A DNA stretch of 64,000 nt from assembly GCA_035571935.1 (NCBI GenBank), contig DATNBL010000015.1, positions 4,771-68,770 of the forward strand. Reading direction: 5' to 3'. The position numbers and the translations under genes are program-made. This document shows positions 8,973 to 18,139 of this stretch, one piece after another. The notes below the pieces were generated by a model, which saw nothing but the letters and a program-made list of their open reading frames with translations, was not told where the DNA came from and did no database searches. The DNA comes from Pseudolabrys sp. GTDB lineage: Bacteria; Pseudomonadota; Alphaproteobacteria; Rhizobiales; Xanthobacteraceae. Numbering within the stretch: the first letter of the stretch is position 1; each line of letters starts with the position of its first letter.

Positions 8973-10055
8973 ATGCTGAAGCCCGGCGCCACCATCGGCA
9001 TCCTCGGCGGCGGCCAACTCGCGCGCATGCTGGCGCTCGCCGCCGCGCCGCTCGGCCTGCGCTGCCACGTCTATACGCCGGAGAAGGATAGCTGCGCGCT
9101 CGACGTCGTGCATGCCGCGACCCTCGGCGCCTATGACGACGAGGCGGCGCTGGCGCGTTTCGCGTCGGCCGTCGACGTCGTCACCTACGAGTTCGAGAAC
9201 GTGCCGGCGCAGACCGCCGCGATCCTGTCGCGGCACCGGCCGGTGCTGCCCGATCCGAAGGTGCTGGAGACGACACAGGACCGGCTGATCGAGAAGAACT
9301 TCATTGCGCGGCTGAAGATCGCGACCGCGCCTTACGCGCCGGTGCATTCGGCGACGCAGCTCGCCGAAGGCCTCGCCAAGGTCGGCGTGCCGGCGGTCTT
9401 GAAGACGCGCACGCTCGGCTATGACGGCAAGGGACAGGCGAAGATCAACGCACAGACGGAAGCAGCGTCCGCCTGGCGCGCGCTCAAGCAGGTGCCCTGC
9501 ATCCTCGAGGGCTTCATCGCTTTCGAGCGCGAGGTCTCGGTCATCGCAGCCCGCGCCGCCGACGGGCATGTCGAGTGCTTCGAGGTGACCGAGAACGAGC
9601 ACCGCGACCATATCCTGCATATCTCGCGCGTGCCGGCAAAGGCGACGCCGGCGCTCGCCGCCGAGGCAAAGCGCGTGGCGACGCGCATCGTCGACGCGTG
9701 CAATTATGTCGGCGTCATGGGCGTCGAGATGTTCGCCATCAAGCGCGGGCGCGAGCGGCACGTGCTGGTGAACGAGATCGCGCCGCGGGTGCACAATTCC
9801 GGGCACTGGACCATCGACGGCGCGACCGTGTCGCAGTTCGAGCAACACGTGCGCGCGGTCGCCGGCTGGCCCTTGGCCAAACCGAAGCGGCTCGCCGCCA
9901 AGGTCGAGATGCGCAACCTGATCGGCGACGAGATCCTGCGCGCCGGCGATTATCTGATGCAGCCGAACACGGCGGTGCACATCTACGGCAAGGGCAAGCC
10001 AAGCGCGCGCCGCAAGATGGGCCACGTCACGCGCGTGTGGCCGGGGAAGGCGTAA
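8973..10055 (+). CDS. purK: N5-CAIR synthetase
   Basis: GILGGGQLARM, TYEFENV, GYDGKGQ, NEIAPRVHNSGHW, RKMGHV; follows purE. Confidence 0.97.
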   Translation: MLKPGATIGILGGGQLARMLALAAAPLGLRCHVYTPEKDSCALDVVHAATLGAYDDEAALARFASAVDVVTYEFENVPAQTAAILSRHRPVLPDPKVLETTQDRLIEKNFIARLKIATAPYAPVHSATQLAEGLAKVGVPAVLKTRTLGYDGKGQAKINAQTEAASAWRALKQVPCILEGFIAFEREVSVIAARAADGHVECFEVTENEHRDHILHISRVPAKATPALAAEAKRVATRIVDACNYVGVMGVEMFAIKRGRERHVLVNEIAPRVHNSGHWTIDGATVSQFEQHVRAVAGWPLAKPKRLAAKVEMRNLIGDEILRAGDYLMQPNTAVHIYGKGKPSARRKMGHVTRVWPGKA

Positions 10056-10076
10056 GCAAGCACGGAGACGAACCCC

Positions 10077-10721
10077 ATGCCGAAACTGCGCGTCGCGAGT
10101 TTCTCGGTTTCGATCGACGGGTACGGCGCCGGTCCGAACCAGAGCCTCGACAACCCGCTCGGCGCCGGCGGCATGGCGCTGCATGAATGGGCTTTCGCCA
10201 CGCGTACCTTCCGCAAGATGTTCGGACGCGACGGCGGCTCCACCGGCGTCGACGACGGGTTCGCTGCGCGCGGCTTCGAGAACGTCGGCGCCTGGATCCT
10301 CGGCCGCAACATGTTCGGGCCGGTGCGCGGGCCCTGGCCTGACGAGAGCTGGAAAGGCTGGTGGGGCGACACCCCGCCCTATCATTGCGACGTCTTCGTG
10401 CTGACGCATCACGCACGCGCGGCGATCACGATGCAGGGCGGCACGGTGTTCCATTTCGTCACGGACGGCATCCGCGAGGCGCTTGCGCGCGCGATGGCGG
10501 CGGCGGGCGGGCGCGACGTCAGGCTCGGCGGCGGTGTCGCCGCGATCCGGCAATATGTTCAGGCCGGGCTGGTCGACGAAATGCACCTCGCGGTCGCGCC
10601 CGTGCTGCTCGGCAACGGCGAAAACCTGTTCGCCGGCCTCGACCTTCCGAAACTCGGCTATCGCGTGAGCGAGCGCGTACCGACCGAACTCGCGACGCAT
10701 GTCGTGCTGACCAAAGCGTGA
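10077..10721 (+). CDS. Dihydrofolate reductase family (RibD C-terminal domain) protein
   Basis: SVSIDGY, ILGRNMF, VFVLTH, GGGVA, GLVDEM...PVLLGNG. Confidence 0.88.
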   Translation: MPKLRVASFSVSIDGYGAGPNQSLDNPLGAGGMALHEWAFATRTFRKMFGRDGGSTGVDDGFAARGFENVGAWILGRNMFGPVRGPWPDESWKGWWGDTPPYHCDVFVLTHHARAAITMQGGTVFHFVTDGIREALARAMAAAGGRDVRLGGGVAAIRQYVQAGLVDEMHLAVAPVLLGNGENLFAGLDLPKLGYRVSERVPTELATHVVLTKA

Positions 10722-10730
10722 GGCCCGGCT

Positions 10731-11372
10731 ATGCCGCTGACGCTCTACTTCCACCCGCTCTCGTCCTACTGCCATAAGGTGCTGATCGCGCTCTACGAGG
10801 CCGGCGTGCCGTTCGCGCCGCGGCTGGTCGACCTCGGCAATGCGCAGGACGCCGCCGCGTTCAAGGCGATCTGGCCGCTCGGCAAGTTTCCGGTGCTGGA
10901 TGACGGCGGCCGCATCGTGCCGGAATCGACGACCATCATCGAATATCTCGCCGCGCGTCATCCGACGGCGGCGCTGATCCCGCGCGACGAGGCCGCGGCC
11001 TTCGAGGCGCGCGCCGCCGATCGCTTCTACGACATCAACGTCCACAACGTGATGCAGGCGATCATCGGCGACCGGCTGCGGCCGGCCGACAAGAAGGACG
11101 GGCTCGGCGTGGCGCAGGCCCGCGCCGCGCTCAGGACGGCGCTCGGCATCGCCGAACGGTGGATGGCGGCGCGCCGCTTCGCCGGCGGCGACGGCTTCAC
11201 CATCGCCGACTGCGCCGCCTTGCCGCCGCTGTTCTATTGCGAGCTCGCGGTGATGCCGCTCGCGCCCGACTACCCCGCCCTCGCCGCCTATCTCGCGCGG
11301 ATGCGGGAGCGGCCGTCCTATGCGCGAACGCTCGCCGAGGCGCAGCCTTACATGCACCTCGTGCCGCGCTGA
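10731..11372 (+). CDS. Glutathione S-transferase family protein
   Basis: HPLSSYCHKV, PLGKFPVL, ESTTIIEYL, FTIADC, RPSY. Confidence 0.92.
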   Translation: MPLTLYFHPLSSYCHKVLIALYEAGVPFAPRLVDLGNAQDAAAFKAIWPLGKFPVLDDGGRIVPESTTIIEYLAARHPTAALIPRDEAAAFEARAADRFYDINVHNVMQAIIGDRLRPADKKDGLGVAQARAALRTALGIAERWMAARRFAGGDGFTIADCAALPPLFYCELAVMPLAPDYPALAAYLARMRERPSYARTLAEAQPYMHLVPR

Positions 11373-11497
11373 GTTCAAACGCAGCGGCCGCATTCACGAT
11401 CGGGAAACCCTGATGGGCCGCGGGGCCGCCGTCCGGCTGATTTCACCTGTACTCCGCTCGCTGGCGCGCTATAGTTGTATTCCAGTCAGGAACAACC

Positions 11498-12139
11498 ATG
11501 CGCGACCCATTCCCCGACCGGCTCCGACTGCCTCTCGCATTCGACCCTCAACGGCTCGCGGCCGATCTCGACGGGCTTTCGGGCATCGCCTGGACCAGCC
11601 ATTTCGTCGCCCAGAACTACGAGGGCGAATGGAGCGTGATCGCGCTTCGGGCGCCGGCCGACGCCCGCCATCCGGTGCGGATGATCGTGTCCGAGCCGGG
11701 TTGCACGAATTTCGTCGATACGCCGGCGCTGGCCGCCTCGCCCTATTTCCGGCTGGTGCTGGCCGCCTTTGCCTGCCCGCTTCTGTCGGTGCGGCTGATG
11801 CGGCTCGGGGCGGGCTCGACGATCAAGGAACACCACGACCACGACCTGTCGTTCGACCAGGGCACCGTCCGCATCCATATTCCCGTCATGACCAACGATG
11901 ACGTCGATTTCCGGCTCAACGGCGAGCCTTGCGTCATGCCGGTCGGTTCCGCCTGGTACCTGCGCCTCGCCGACCCGCATTCGGTCAGCAACCGCGGCGC
12001 GAGCGACCGCGTCCATCTGGTGATCGACGCCGGGGTAAACGGCTGGCTGCGCGGCCTGTTCGCCGAGGCGCTGGCGGCCGTCCTGCCGGGCGGGCCGAGG
12101 GCCGGGAACAGCCCGGCGGCGGCCGCCGTTGAGGGGTGA
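11498..12139 (+). CDS. Aspartyl/asparaginyl beta-hydroxylase family Fe(II)/2OG oxygenase
   Basis: RLMRL..G..IKEHHD, RIHIPV.TN, HSV.N....RVHLVID. Confidence 0.85.
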   Translation: MRDPFPDRLRLPLAFDPQRLAADLDGLSGIAWTSHFVAQNYEGEWSVIALRAPADARHPVRMIVSEPGCTNFVDTPALAASPYFRLVLAAFACPLLSVRLMRLGAGSTIKEHHDHDLSFDQGTVRIHIPVMTNDDVDFRLNGEPCVMPVGSAWYLRLADPHSVSNRGASDRVHLVIDAGVNGWLRGLFAEALAAVLPGGPRAGNSPAAAAVEG

Positions 12140-12278
12140 CGGGGGCGGCCGCGCAGGGCCCGGAAACCGGGCGAAAGCGTGGACTCCCGGGGGGTTTTCT
12201 GTTACAGCCGCGCGACTCGAACGCCCGCCTTGTGCGCTGTTCGACCCTAACCCGACCGGCCACAACGAAGGAGCAAAA

Positions 12279-12563
12279 GTGCAAGTTCTCGTTCGCGACA
12301 ACAACGTCGACCAGGCCCTCAAGGCGCTCAAGAAGAAGATGCAGCGCGAGGGCATTTTCCGCGAGATGAAGCTCCGCGGTCATTACGAGAAACCGTCAGA
12401 GAAAAAGGCGCGCGAGAAGGCCGAGGCGATCCGCCGGGCCCGCAAGCTCGCCCGCAAGAAGATGCAGCGCGAAGGCCTGCTGCCGATGAAACCCCGTCCG
12501 GCTCCGGGTGCCGGTCCTGGCGGCGCGGGCGCCGGCCGCGGCGGCGCACGCCGTTTCGGCTGA
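12279..12563 (+). CDS. rpsU: 30S ribosomal protein S21
   Basis: GTG start with AAGGAG RBS; [24 protein letters not shown]...YEKPSE. Confidence 0.97.
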   Translation: MQVLVRDNNVDQALKALKKKMQREGIFREMKLRGHYEKPSEKKAREKAEAIRRARKLARKKMQREGLLPMKPRPAPGAGPGGAGAGRGGARRFG

Positions 12564-12732
12564 TCGCCGGCGGCGCCTGCCGCCGGATGCGCATCAAGGT
12601 GGTGGCGCGGGCGGTTCATGCCCGCGCTATTGTTTTTGCCGGGGGCGGCTCTTCATGAATGCCCTGCGCCGAATGTTCGCCGCATTGGCGGGCATCAGTG
12701 GGCGCCGGATCTGCGCCACGAGTTCTGTTCCG

Positions 12733-13599
12733 ATGGATCGACGCCATCTCCGCCGCGCCCGCCTCGCGCTCGTGCCCGTGCTCGCGCTGGCGCTCGGTTC
12801 CTGCTCCACTTTGACCAACAATCTCGGCGCCAACGCGCCGGAGAGCGAGGACGCGGTCTACGCCACCTCGCCGGCGAACATCGCGTCCCTGACCGACGTG
12901 GTGCAGCGCAATCCGCGCGACCCGCAGGCCTACAACATGCGCGGCTCGGTGTTCGGCCAGGCCGGGCGCTATCCGGAGGCGCTCGCCGACTTCAACCAGG
13001 CCATCACGATCGATCCGAACTACGCGCAGGCCTTCGCCAACCGCGGCCTCGTCTACCGCGAGACCGGCAAGCTCGATCTCGCGCTCGCCGACTACGACAA
13101 GGCGCTGGCGATCGACCCGAACTATTCGACCGGCTATCTCGGCCGCGGCATGGTCTACCGCAGCGAAGGCAAGCTGCTCGCGGCGCTCAAGGACTTCAAC
13201 AAGGCGATCGCCATCCGGCCTGACAACGCGCAGGCCTATTACAACCGCGGCCTGCTCTACCAGGCGCAGCGGCAGCACGGCTTCGCCATCGACGACTTCT
13301 CGACCGCGATCGGCCTGTCGAACCAGCAGGCCGAGCCCTACATCGCGCGGGGCTTGAGCTACATCGCCGTGAACAATTTCAAGAACGCGGCGAGCGATCT
13401 CGACGACGCCGTCACCATCGCGCCGCAGAACGTGCAGGCCTGGATCAGCCGCGGGCTCGCCTATGAGCGGCTCGGCGACAAGGAGAAGGCGGCCGGCTCC
13501 TATGCCCGCGGCATGAACATCGACCAGACCAGCCAGGCGGCGCGCGACGGCTTCGAGCGGGTCGGCGGCAAGGTCGGACAGGCCTACCAAACCTTCTGA
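12733..13599 (+). CDS. Tetratricopeptide-repeat lipoprotein
   Basis: Lipobox LGSC; about 7 TPRs (AY.NRG...A..D...AI..P); start may be ATG 12655. Confidence 0.9.
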   Translation: MDRRHLRRARLALVPVLALALGSCSTLTNNLGANAPESEDAVYATSPANIASLTDVVQRNPRDPQAYNMRGSVFGQAGRYPEALADFNQAITIDPNYAQAFANRGLVYRETGKLDLALADYDKALAIDPNYSTGYLGRGMVYRSEGKLLAALKDFNKAIAIRPDNAQAYYNRGLLYQAQRQHGFAIDDFSTAIGLSNQQAEPYIARGLSYIAVNNFKNAASDLDDAVTIAPQNVQAWISRGLAYERLGDKEKAAGSYARGMNIDQTSQAARDGFERVGGKVGQAYQTF

Positions 13600-13727
13600 T
13601 TTTCACGCCCTGACTCCCCGTTCGGCGGCGCGGCAGCGTGGCGTTAACGAATTGCGAACCGGCGCGGTCCATAGATGTCCCGGGGCGAACAATCCGGCAC
13701 CTCGGACGGACGGGGGCGCGTAGCGCC

Positions 13728-14333
13728 GTGTTCGACACCATCATCCTGCTGGCCGAAGCGAACGAGCGCAACGCCCTCGCCGGGCTCATGCGCGAGCACA
13801 ATTCGTCCGCGGCCATCCTGACGCCTGAAGACACGGCCGCGCTTGCCGCCATTCCGGCCGCGACGCTCGCGCGCGCGCGGCTGATCGGCTTTCTCACGCC
13901 GGTGATCGTGCCGGCATCCATCCTCGCCGCACTCGGCTACGGCGCCTACAATTTCCATCCCGGACCGCCGAACTATCCCGGCTGGCTGCCGTCGCATTTC
14001 GCGATCGAGGACGGCGCCGGCTTCTTCGGCGCGACGGCGCACGAGATGGCCGCCTCGGTCGACAGCGGGCCGATCGTCGATCTCGAAATGTTCGGCGTGC
14101 CGCACGGCACCGGCGTCGCCGAACTCGAGCGCCTCGCCTTCATCGAATGCGTGCGGCTTGTGTGGCGGCTGGCGCCTGCGCTCGCGGCCGATCCCGGGCC
14201 GCGGCCCGCCATGCCGGTCAAATGGAGCGGCCGGCGCGGCACCAAGGCCCGGCTCGCGGCTTTGGGCGAACGCCCGGCCGCCGCTGACAACGGCGCGGCG
14301 CCGGCAATCCCGCGCGGCACCGAGGCGGCCTGA
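13728..14333 (+). CDS. Stand-alone formyltransferase-domain protein (Fmt/PurN-like)
   Basis: YNFHPGPPNYPG, GATAHEM...VDSGPI; start uncertain (GTG 13728 or 13638). Confidence 0.8.
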   Translation: MFDTIILLAEANERNALAGLMREHNSSAAILTPEDTAALAAIPAATLARARLIGFLTPVIVPASILAALGYGAYNFHPGPPNYPGWLPSHFAIEDGAGFFGATAHEMAASVDSGPIVDLEMFGVPHGTGVAELERLAFIECVRLVWRLAPALAADPGPRPAMPVKWSGRRGTKARLAALGERPAAADNGAAPAIPRGTEAA

Positions 14334-14342
14334 GGCGCGGCT

Positions 14343-14741
14343 CTAGAACGCGGCGCAGACCGGCTGCGTGACGATCCCGACCGACTGCTGATGGAAGCGC
14401 TGCATGTAGGCCGCGGTCGTCGCGGCGATGGCCGCGCGTGTCGCTGCGCTTTCTTCGGTGACGATGACCACCACCTTCGAGTGCTCGCGCACGTCGCGCG
14501 CGCCGTCGCGCCAGGCGCCGCGCGCGTCGAGCACGGTGAGGCCGGGGAAGCGCGGCGTCAGCTCGCGGCCGACGAACCCGTCCCATTCGCGCCGCGTCAC
14601 CGCCGCGCGCCCCTTGATCGCCAGCCCGAAATAGAGCTCGACGTGCAGCATCGGCTTCAGCGGCGGCGTGCAAGCCGGCCGCGCCAAAGCGGGCGTGGCG
14701 AGGAAGGAGAGCGTCAGCGCGACGAAGGCTTCACGGCGCAC
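14343..14741 (-). CDS. DUF3574 domain secreted protein
   Basis: ELYFG, W..FV..ELTPRFPGLTV.DA.G.W, RE.SK, Y..RF.QQSV; GTG start with GGAGG RBS. Confidence 0.85.
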   Translation of the reverse strand: MRREAFVALTLSFLATPALARPACTPPLKPMLHVELYFGLAIKGRAAVTRREWDGFVGRELTPRFPGLTVLDARGAWRDGARDVREHSKVVVIVTEESAATRAAIAATTAAYMQRFHQQSVGIVTQPVCAAF

Positions 14742-14761
14742 GGCACTGTGCCCTCCGAAAC

Positions 14762-14791
14762 GGGATGGCCGGGACAAGCCCGGCCATGACA
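14762..14791. repeat. Solo REP-like palindrome
   Basis: GGATGGCCGGGACAAGCCCGGCCATGACA downstream of pntB. Confidence 0.7.
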
Positions 14792-14815
14792 TCCATTATC
14801 CAATTTCACGGCGGC

Positions 14816-16213
14816 TCACATCGCCTTGACGATCTGCTCCGTCATCTTCTTGGCGTCGCCGAGCAGCATCATCGTGTTGTCGCGATAGAACAGCGGATTG
14901 TCGATGCCGGCATAGCCCGACGCCAGCGAGCGCTTGATGAACATCACCGTGCCCGCCTTCCACACCTGAAGCACCGGCATGCCGTAGATCGGCGAGGTCT
15001 TGTCTTCCTCGGCCGCCGGATTGGTCACGTCGTTGGCGCCGATGACGAAGGCGACGTCGGCCTGCGCGAACTCGGAATTGATGTCCTCGAGCTCGAACAC
15101 CTCGTCATAGGGGACGTTGGCTTCCGCGAGCAGCACGTTCATGTGGCCGGGCATGCGGCCGGCGACCGGGTGAATGGCGTACTTCACCTCGACGCCTTCC
15201 TTCTTGAGATGGTCGGCCATCTCGCGAAGAGCGTGCTGCGCCTGCGCCACCGCCATGCCGTAGCCCGGCACGATGATGACCTTCGAGGCGTTCTTCATGA
15301 TGTAGGCGGCGTCCTCGGCCGAGCCGAGCTTGACCGGACGCTGCTCCGCGGCGCCGCCGGCGGGGCCGGCGGTCTCGCCGCCGAAGCCGCCGAGGATCAC
15401 CGAGATGAACGAGCGGTTCATGCCCTTGCACATGATGTAGGACAGGATCGCGCCCGAGGAGCCGACCAGCGCGCCGGTGATGATCAGCGCCGAATTGCCG
15501 AGCGTGAAGCCGATGCCGGCCGCGGCCCAGCCGGAGTACGAGTTCAGCATCGAGATCACGACCGGCATGTCGGCGCCGCCGATCGGAATGATGATCAGGA
15601 TGCCGAAGGCGAGCGAAATCGCGACGATGACCCAGAAGTCGGTCACCGTCTGATGCAGATAGAACATCACGATGAAGGCGATCAGTGCGACGGCCAGCGC
15701 GATGTTCACGGCGTGGCGCGCGGGCAGCATGATCGGCTTGCCGCTCATCCGCCCCGACAGCTTCAGGAAGGCGATGACCGAGCCGGTGAAGGTGATGGCG
15801 CCGATGGCGACGCCGAGCGACATCTCGATCAGGCTCTGCTGATGGATGTGGCCTTCCGAGCCGATGCCGAAGGCCGCCGGCGCGTAGAAGGCGCCGGCCG
15901 CGACCAGCACCGCCGCCATGCCGACCAGCGAATGGAAGGCGGCGACCAGTTCCGGCATCGACGTCATCGGCACGCGGCGCGCGATCACCGCGCCGATGCC
16001 GCCGCCGATGGCGATGCCGCCGACGACCAGCGCCCAGGACAATCCGTCGGAAGGCGGATGCGAGCCGAGCGTCGTCAGCACGGCGATCGTCATGCCGATC
16101 ATGCCGAGCAGGTTGCCGCGGCGGCTGGTGTCGGGCGACGACAGCCCGCGCAGCGCCAGGATGAACAGGACGCCGGCGACGAGATAGAGCAGCGCGACGA
16201 GGTTGGCGCTCAT
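14816..16213 (-). CDS. pntB: NAD(P) transhydrogenase subunit beta
   Basis: MPELVAAFHSLVG, GGADMPVVISMLNSYSG, PGYGMAVAQAQ, HPVAGRMPGHMNVLLAEA. Confidence 0.98.
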   Translation of the reverse strand: MSANLVALLYLVAGVLFILALRGLSSPDTSRRGNLLGMIGMTIAVLTTLGSHPPSDGLSWALVVGGIAIGGGIGAVIARRVPMTSMPELVAAFHSLVGMAAVLVAAGAFYAPAAFGIGSEGHIHQQSLIEMSLGVAIGAITFTGSVIAFLKLSGRMSGKPIMLPARHAVNIALAVALIAFIVMFYLHQTVTDFWVIVAISLAFGILIIIPIGGADMPVVISMLNSYSGWAAAGIGFTLGNSALIITGALVGSSGAILSYIMCKGMNRSFISVILGGFGGETAGPAGGAAEQRPVKLGSAEDAAYIMKNASKVIIVPGYGMAVAQAQHALREMADHLKKEGVEVKYAIHPVAGRMPGHMNVLLAEANVPYDEVFELEDINSEFAQADVAFVIGANDVTNPAAEEDKTSPIYGMPVLQVWKAGTVMFIKRSLASGYAGIDNPLFYRDNTMMLLGDAKKMTEQIVKAM

Positions 16214-16220
16214 AGCGGGC

Positions 16221-16532
16221 TCACTTCTTCTTTTTCTGGTACATCGCCAGCATGCGCTGGGTGACCAGGAAGCCGCCGAAGATGTTGATCGAGGCGAAGA
16301 TCAGCGCGACGAAGCCGAGGCCCCGCGCCCACATCGGGCCCTGATCGTTGGTGGCGAGCGCGACGCCGACCGCCAAGAGCGCGCCGACCACGATCACCGA
16401 TGAGATGGCGTTGGTCACCGACATCAGCGGCGTATGCAGCGCCGGCGTCACCGACCAGACGACGAAATAGCCGACGAACACGGCGAGCACGAAGATCGAG
16501 AACTCGAAGACGAAGGGAGAGACTTCGGCCAT
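16221..16532 (-). CDS. pntAb: NAD(P) transhydrogenase subunit alpha part 2 (membrane)
   Basis: [30 protein letters not shown]. Confidence 0.96.
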   Translation of the reverse strand: MAEVSPFVFEFSIFVLAVFVGYFVVWSVTPALHTPLMSVTNAISSVIVVGALLAVGVALATNDQGPMWARGLGFVALIFASINIFGGFLVTQRMLAMYQKKKK

Positions 16533-16547
16533 GTCGACCTCCGTTCT

Positions 16548-17681
16548 TTAAGCCGCCGACTTCGGCTGGAAATTCGGATGCACCACGGCGCCATCGCGCG
16601 TCAGCACGGTCGCTTTGACGAGCTCGTCGTCCCAGTTGACCGCGAGTTTCTTCTCTTTCTTGTCGATCAGGGTGTCGACAAAGGTGAGCAGATTCTTGGC
16701 ATAGAGCGCGGAGGCCGACGCGGAGAGCCGGCCCGGCACATTGAGATGCCCGACGATCTTGACGCCGCCCACGATAGCCACGCTGCCGGGCTGCGCGCCC
16801 TCGACATTGCCGCCGCGCTCGACCGCGAGATCGACGATCACCGAGCCGGGGCGCATCGAGGCCACCATCTCCCTGGTGATCAACCGCGGCGCCGGGCGCC
16901 CCGGGATCAGCGCGGTGGTGATGACGATGTCCTGCTTCTTGATGTGCTCGGCGGTGAGCGCGGCCTGCTTGGCCTGGTACTCCTTGGACATTTCCTTGGC
17001 GTAGCCGCCGGCCGTCTGCGCGTTCTTGAACTCCTCGTCCTCGACGGCGAGAAACTTGGCGCCGAGGCTCTCCACCTGCTCCTTGGTGGCGGGGCGCACG
17101 TCGGTTGCGGTGACCACCGCGCCGAGACGGCGCGCCGTCGCGATCGCCTGCAAACCGGCGACGCCGACGCCCATGATGAACACCTTCGCCGCCGGGACGG
17201 TGCCGGCCGCGGTCATCATCATCGGCAGCGCGCGGCCGTATTCTTCCGCCGCCTCGATCACGGCGCGGTAGCCGGCGAGGTTGGCCTGCGACGACAGCAC
17301 GTCCATCGACTGCGCGCGGGTGATGCGCGGCATCAGGTCCATGGCCACCGCCGTGACGCCGGCGTCGGCCATGGCCTTGAGCGCCGCGTCGTTGCCGTAG
17401 GGGTCCATGATGGCGACGACGAGGGCGCCGCGCCTGTAGCCGGTGAGCTCGGCCGCGGTCGGGCGCCGCACCTTGAGGATAAGGTCGGCGTCCTTCTCGG
17501 GCGTGTCGGAGATCGTCGCGCCCGCCGCCTCGTAATCGGCGTCGAGGATGCCGGAGGCGTTGCCGGCGCCGCGGCCGACCGCGACCTCGGCGCCCAGGGC
17601 CTTGAACTTCTTGACCGTCTCGGGGGTCGCCGCCACGCGCGGCTCGCCGGCGTCGGTTTCTCGCGCAACCGCAATCCGCAT
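16548..17681 (-). CDS. pntAa: NAD(P) transhydrogenase subunit alpha part 1 (dI)
   Basis: EPRVAATP, PRITRAQSMDVLSSQANLAGY, GVGVAGLQAI, GGYAKEM. Confidence 0.97.
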   Translation of the reverse strand: MRIAVARETDAGEPRVAATPETVKKFKALGAEVAVGRGAGNASGILDADYEAAGATISDTPEKDADLILKVRRPTAAELTGYRRGALVVAIMDPYGNDAALKAMADAGVTAVAMDLMPRITRAQSMDVLSSQANLAGYRAVIEAAEEYGRALPMMMTAAGTVPAAKVFIMGVGVAGLQAIATARRLGAVVTATDVRPATKEQVESLGAKFLAVEDEEFKNAQTAGGYAKEMSKEYQAKQAALTAEHIKKQDIVITTALIPGRPAPRLITREMVASMRPGSVIVDLAVERGGNVEGAQPGSVAIVGGVKIVGHLNVPGRLSASASALYAKNLLTFVDTLIDKKEKKLAVNWDDELVKATVLTRDGAVVHPNFQPKSAA

Positions 17682-17705
17682 GGCGCCCTCCTCAGGGCCG
17701 AAGGA

Positions 17706-17999
17706 TCAGCCGAGCACGCTGTAGAGGAAGATCAGCGCGCAGAGGACGAAGGCGACGTAGCTCGGCGTGCGGCTGCCGCTCAGCAGGCCGGCGATGAGGC
17801 CGATGATCGCCAGGATGAAGATGCACAGCGCGGCGAACCAGTGGTCGACGACGCCGCCGACGGTCAGGCCGAGCAGCAGGTTCACGACATGGAAGATGCC
17901 GGTGAAGGTGAAATGGAGGAAGCGCTCGTAGGTGTTCTCGTGCGCCGGGTAATCGTTGCCGGTTGCGGTGGCGTATTCGACGGTGCCGTGGTCGGCCAT
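17706..17999 (-). CDS. aa3-type cytochrome c oxidase subunit IV family protein
   Basis: DY.AHE.TYERF motif followed by TM helices; position upstream of pntA as known in Rhizobiales. Confidence 0.7.
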   Translation of the reverse strand: MADHGTVEYATATGNDYPAHENTYERFLHFTFTGIFHVVNLLLGLTVGGVVDHWFAALCIFILAIIGLIAGLLSGSRTPSYVAFVLCALIFLYSVLG

Positions 18000-18139
18000 T
18001 TTCGGGAATCTCCGGGTCTCAAGGCGAGGCGGACTCGCGGATTTGGGTAGCGTAAATGGGGCGCAAGGGCAACGGCGCGGGCGCCGCAGTCAACGCCCGA
18101 AATCAGGGCAGAGCCCGCCGCCGGAAGGGGCAGAAATCC

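Noticed and set aside
8820-11393. Very long antisense or alternate-frame ORFs (857 aa here; also 46721-49519, 44330-46555, 55964-58285, 26040-28019)
   Set aside because: Shadow ORFs of high-GC genes: Arg/Ala/Gly-rich, no motifs, and fully overlapping well-supported genes
12900-13560. About 102-nt periodicity in the TPR gene
   Set aside because: Protein-level 34-aa TPR repeats, not CRISPR or DNA tandem repeats
14742-14792. Apparent palindrome-encoded N-terminus (MSWPGLSRPSR) on the DUF3574 protein, resembling an RPE-type in-frame insertion
   Set aside because: A GGAGG SD and GTG at 14741 give a clean signal peptide, so the REP lies upstream of the gene
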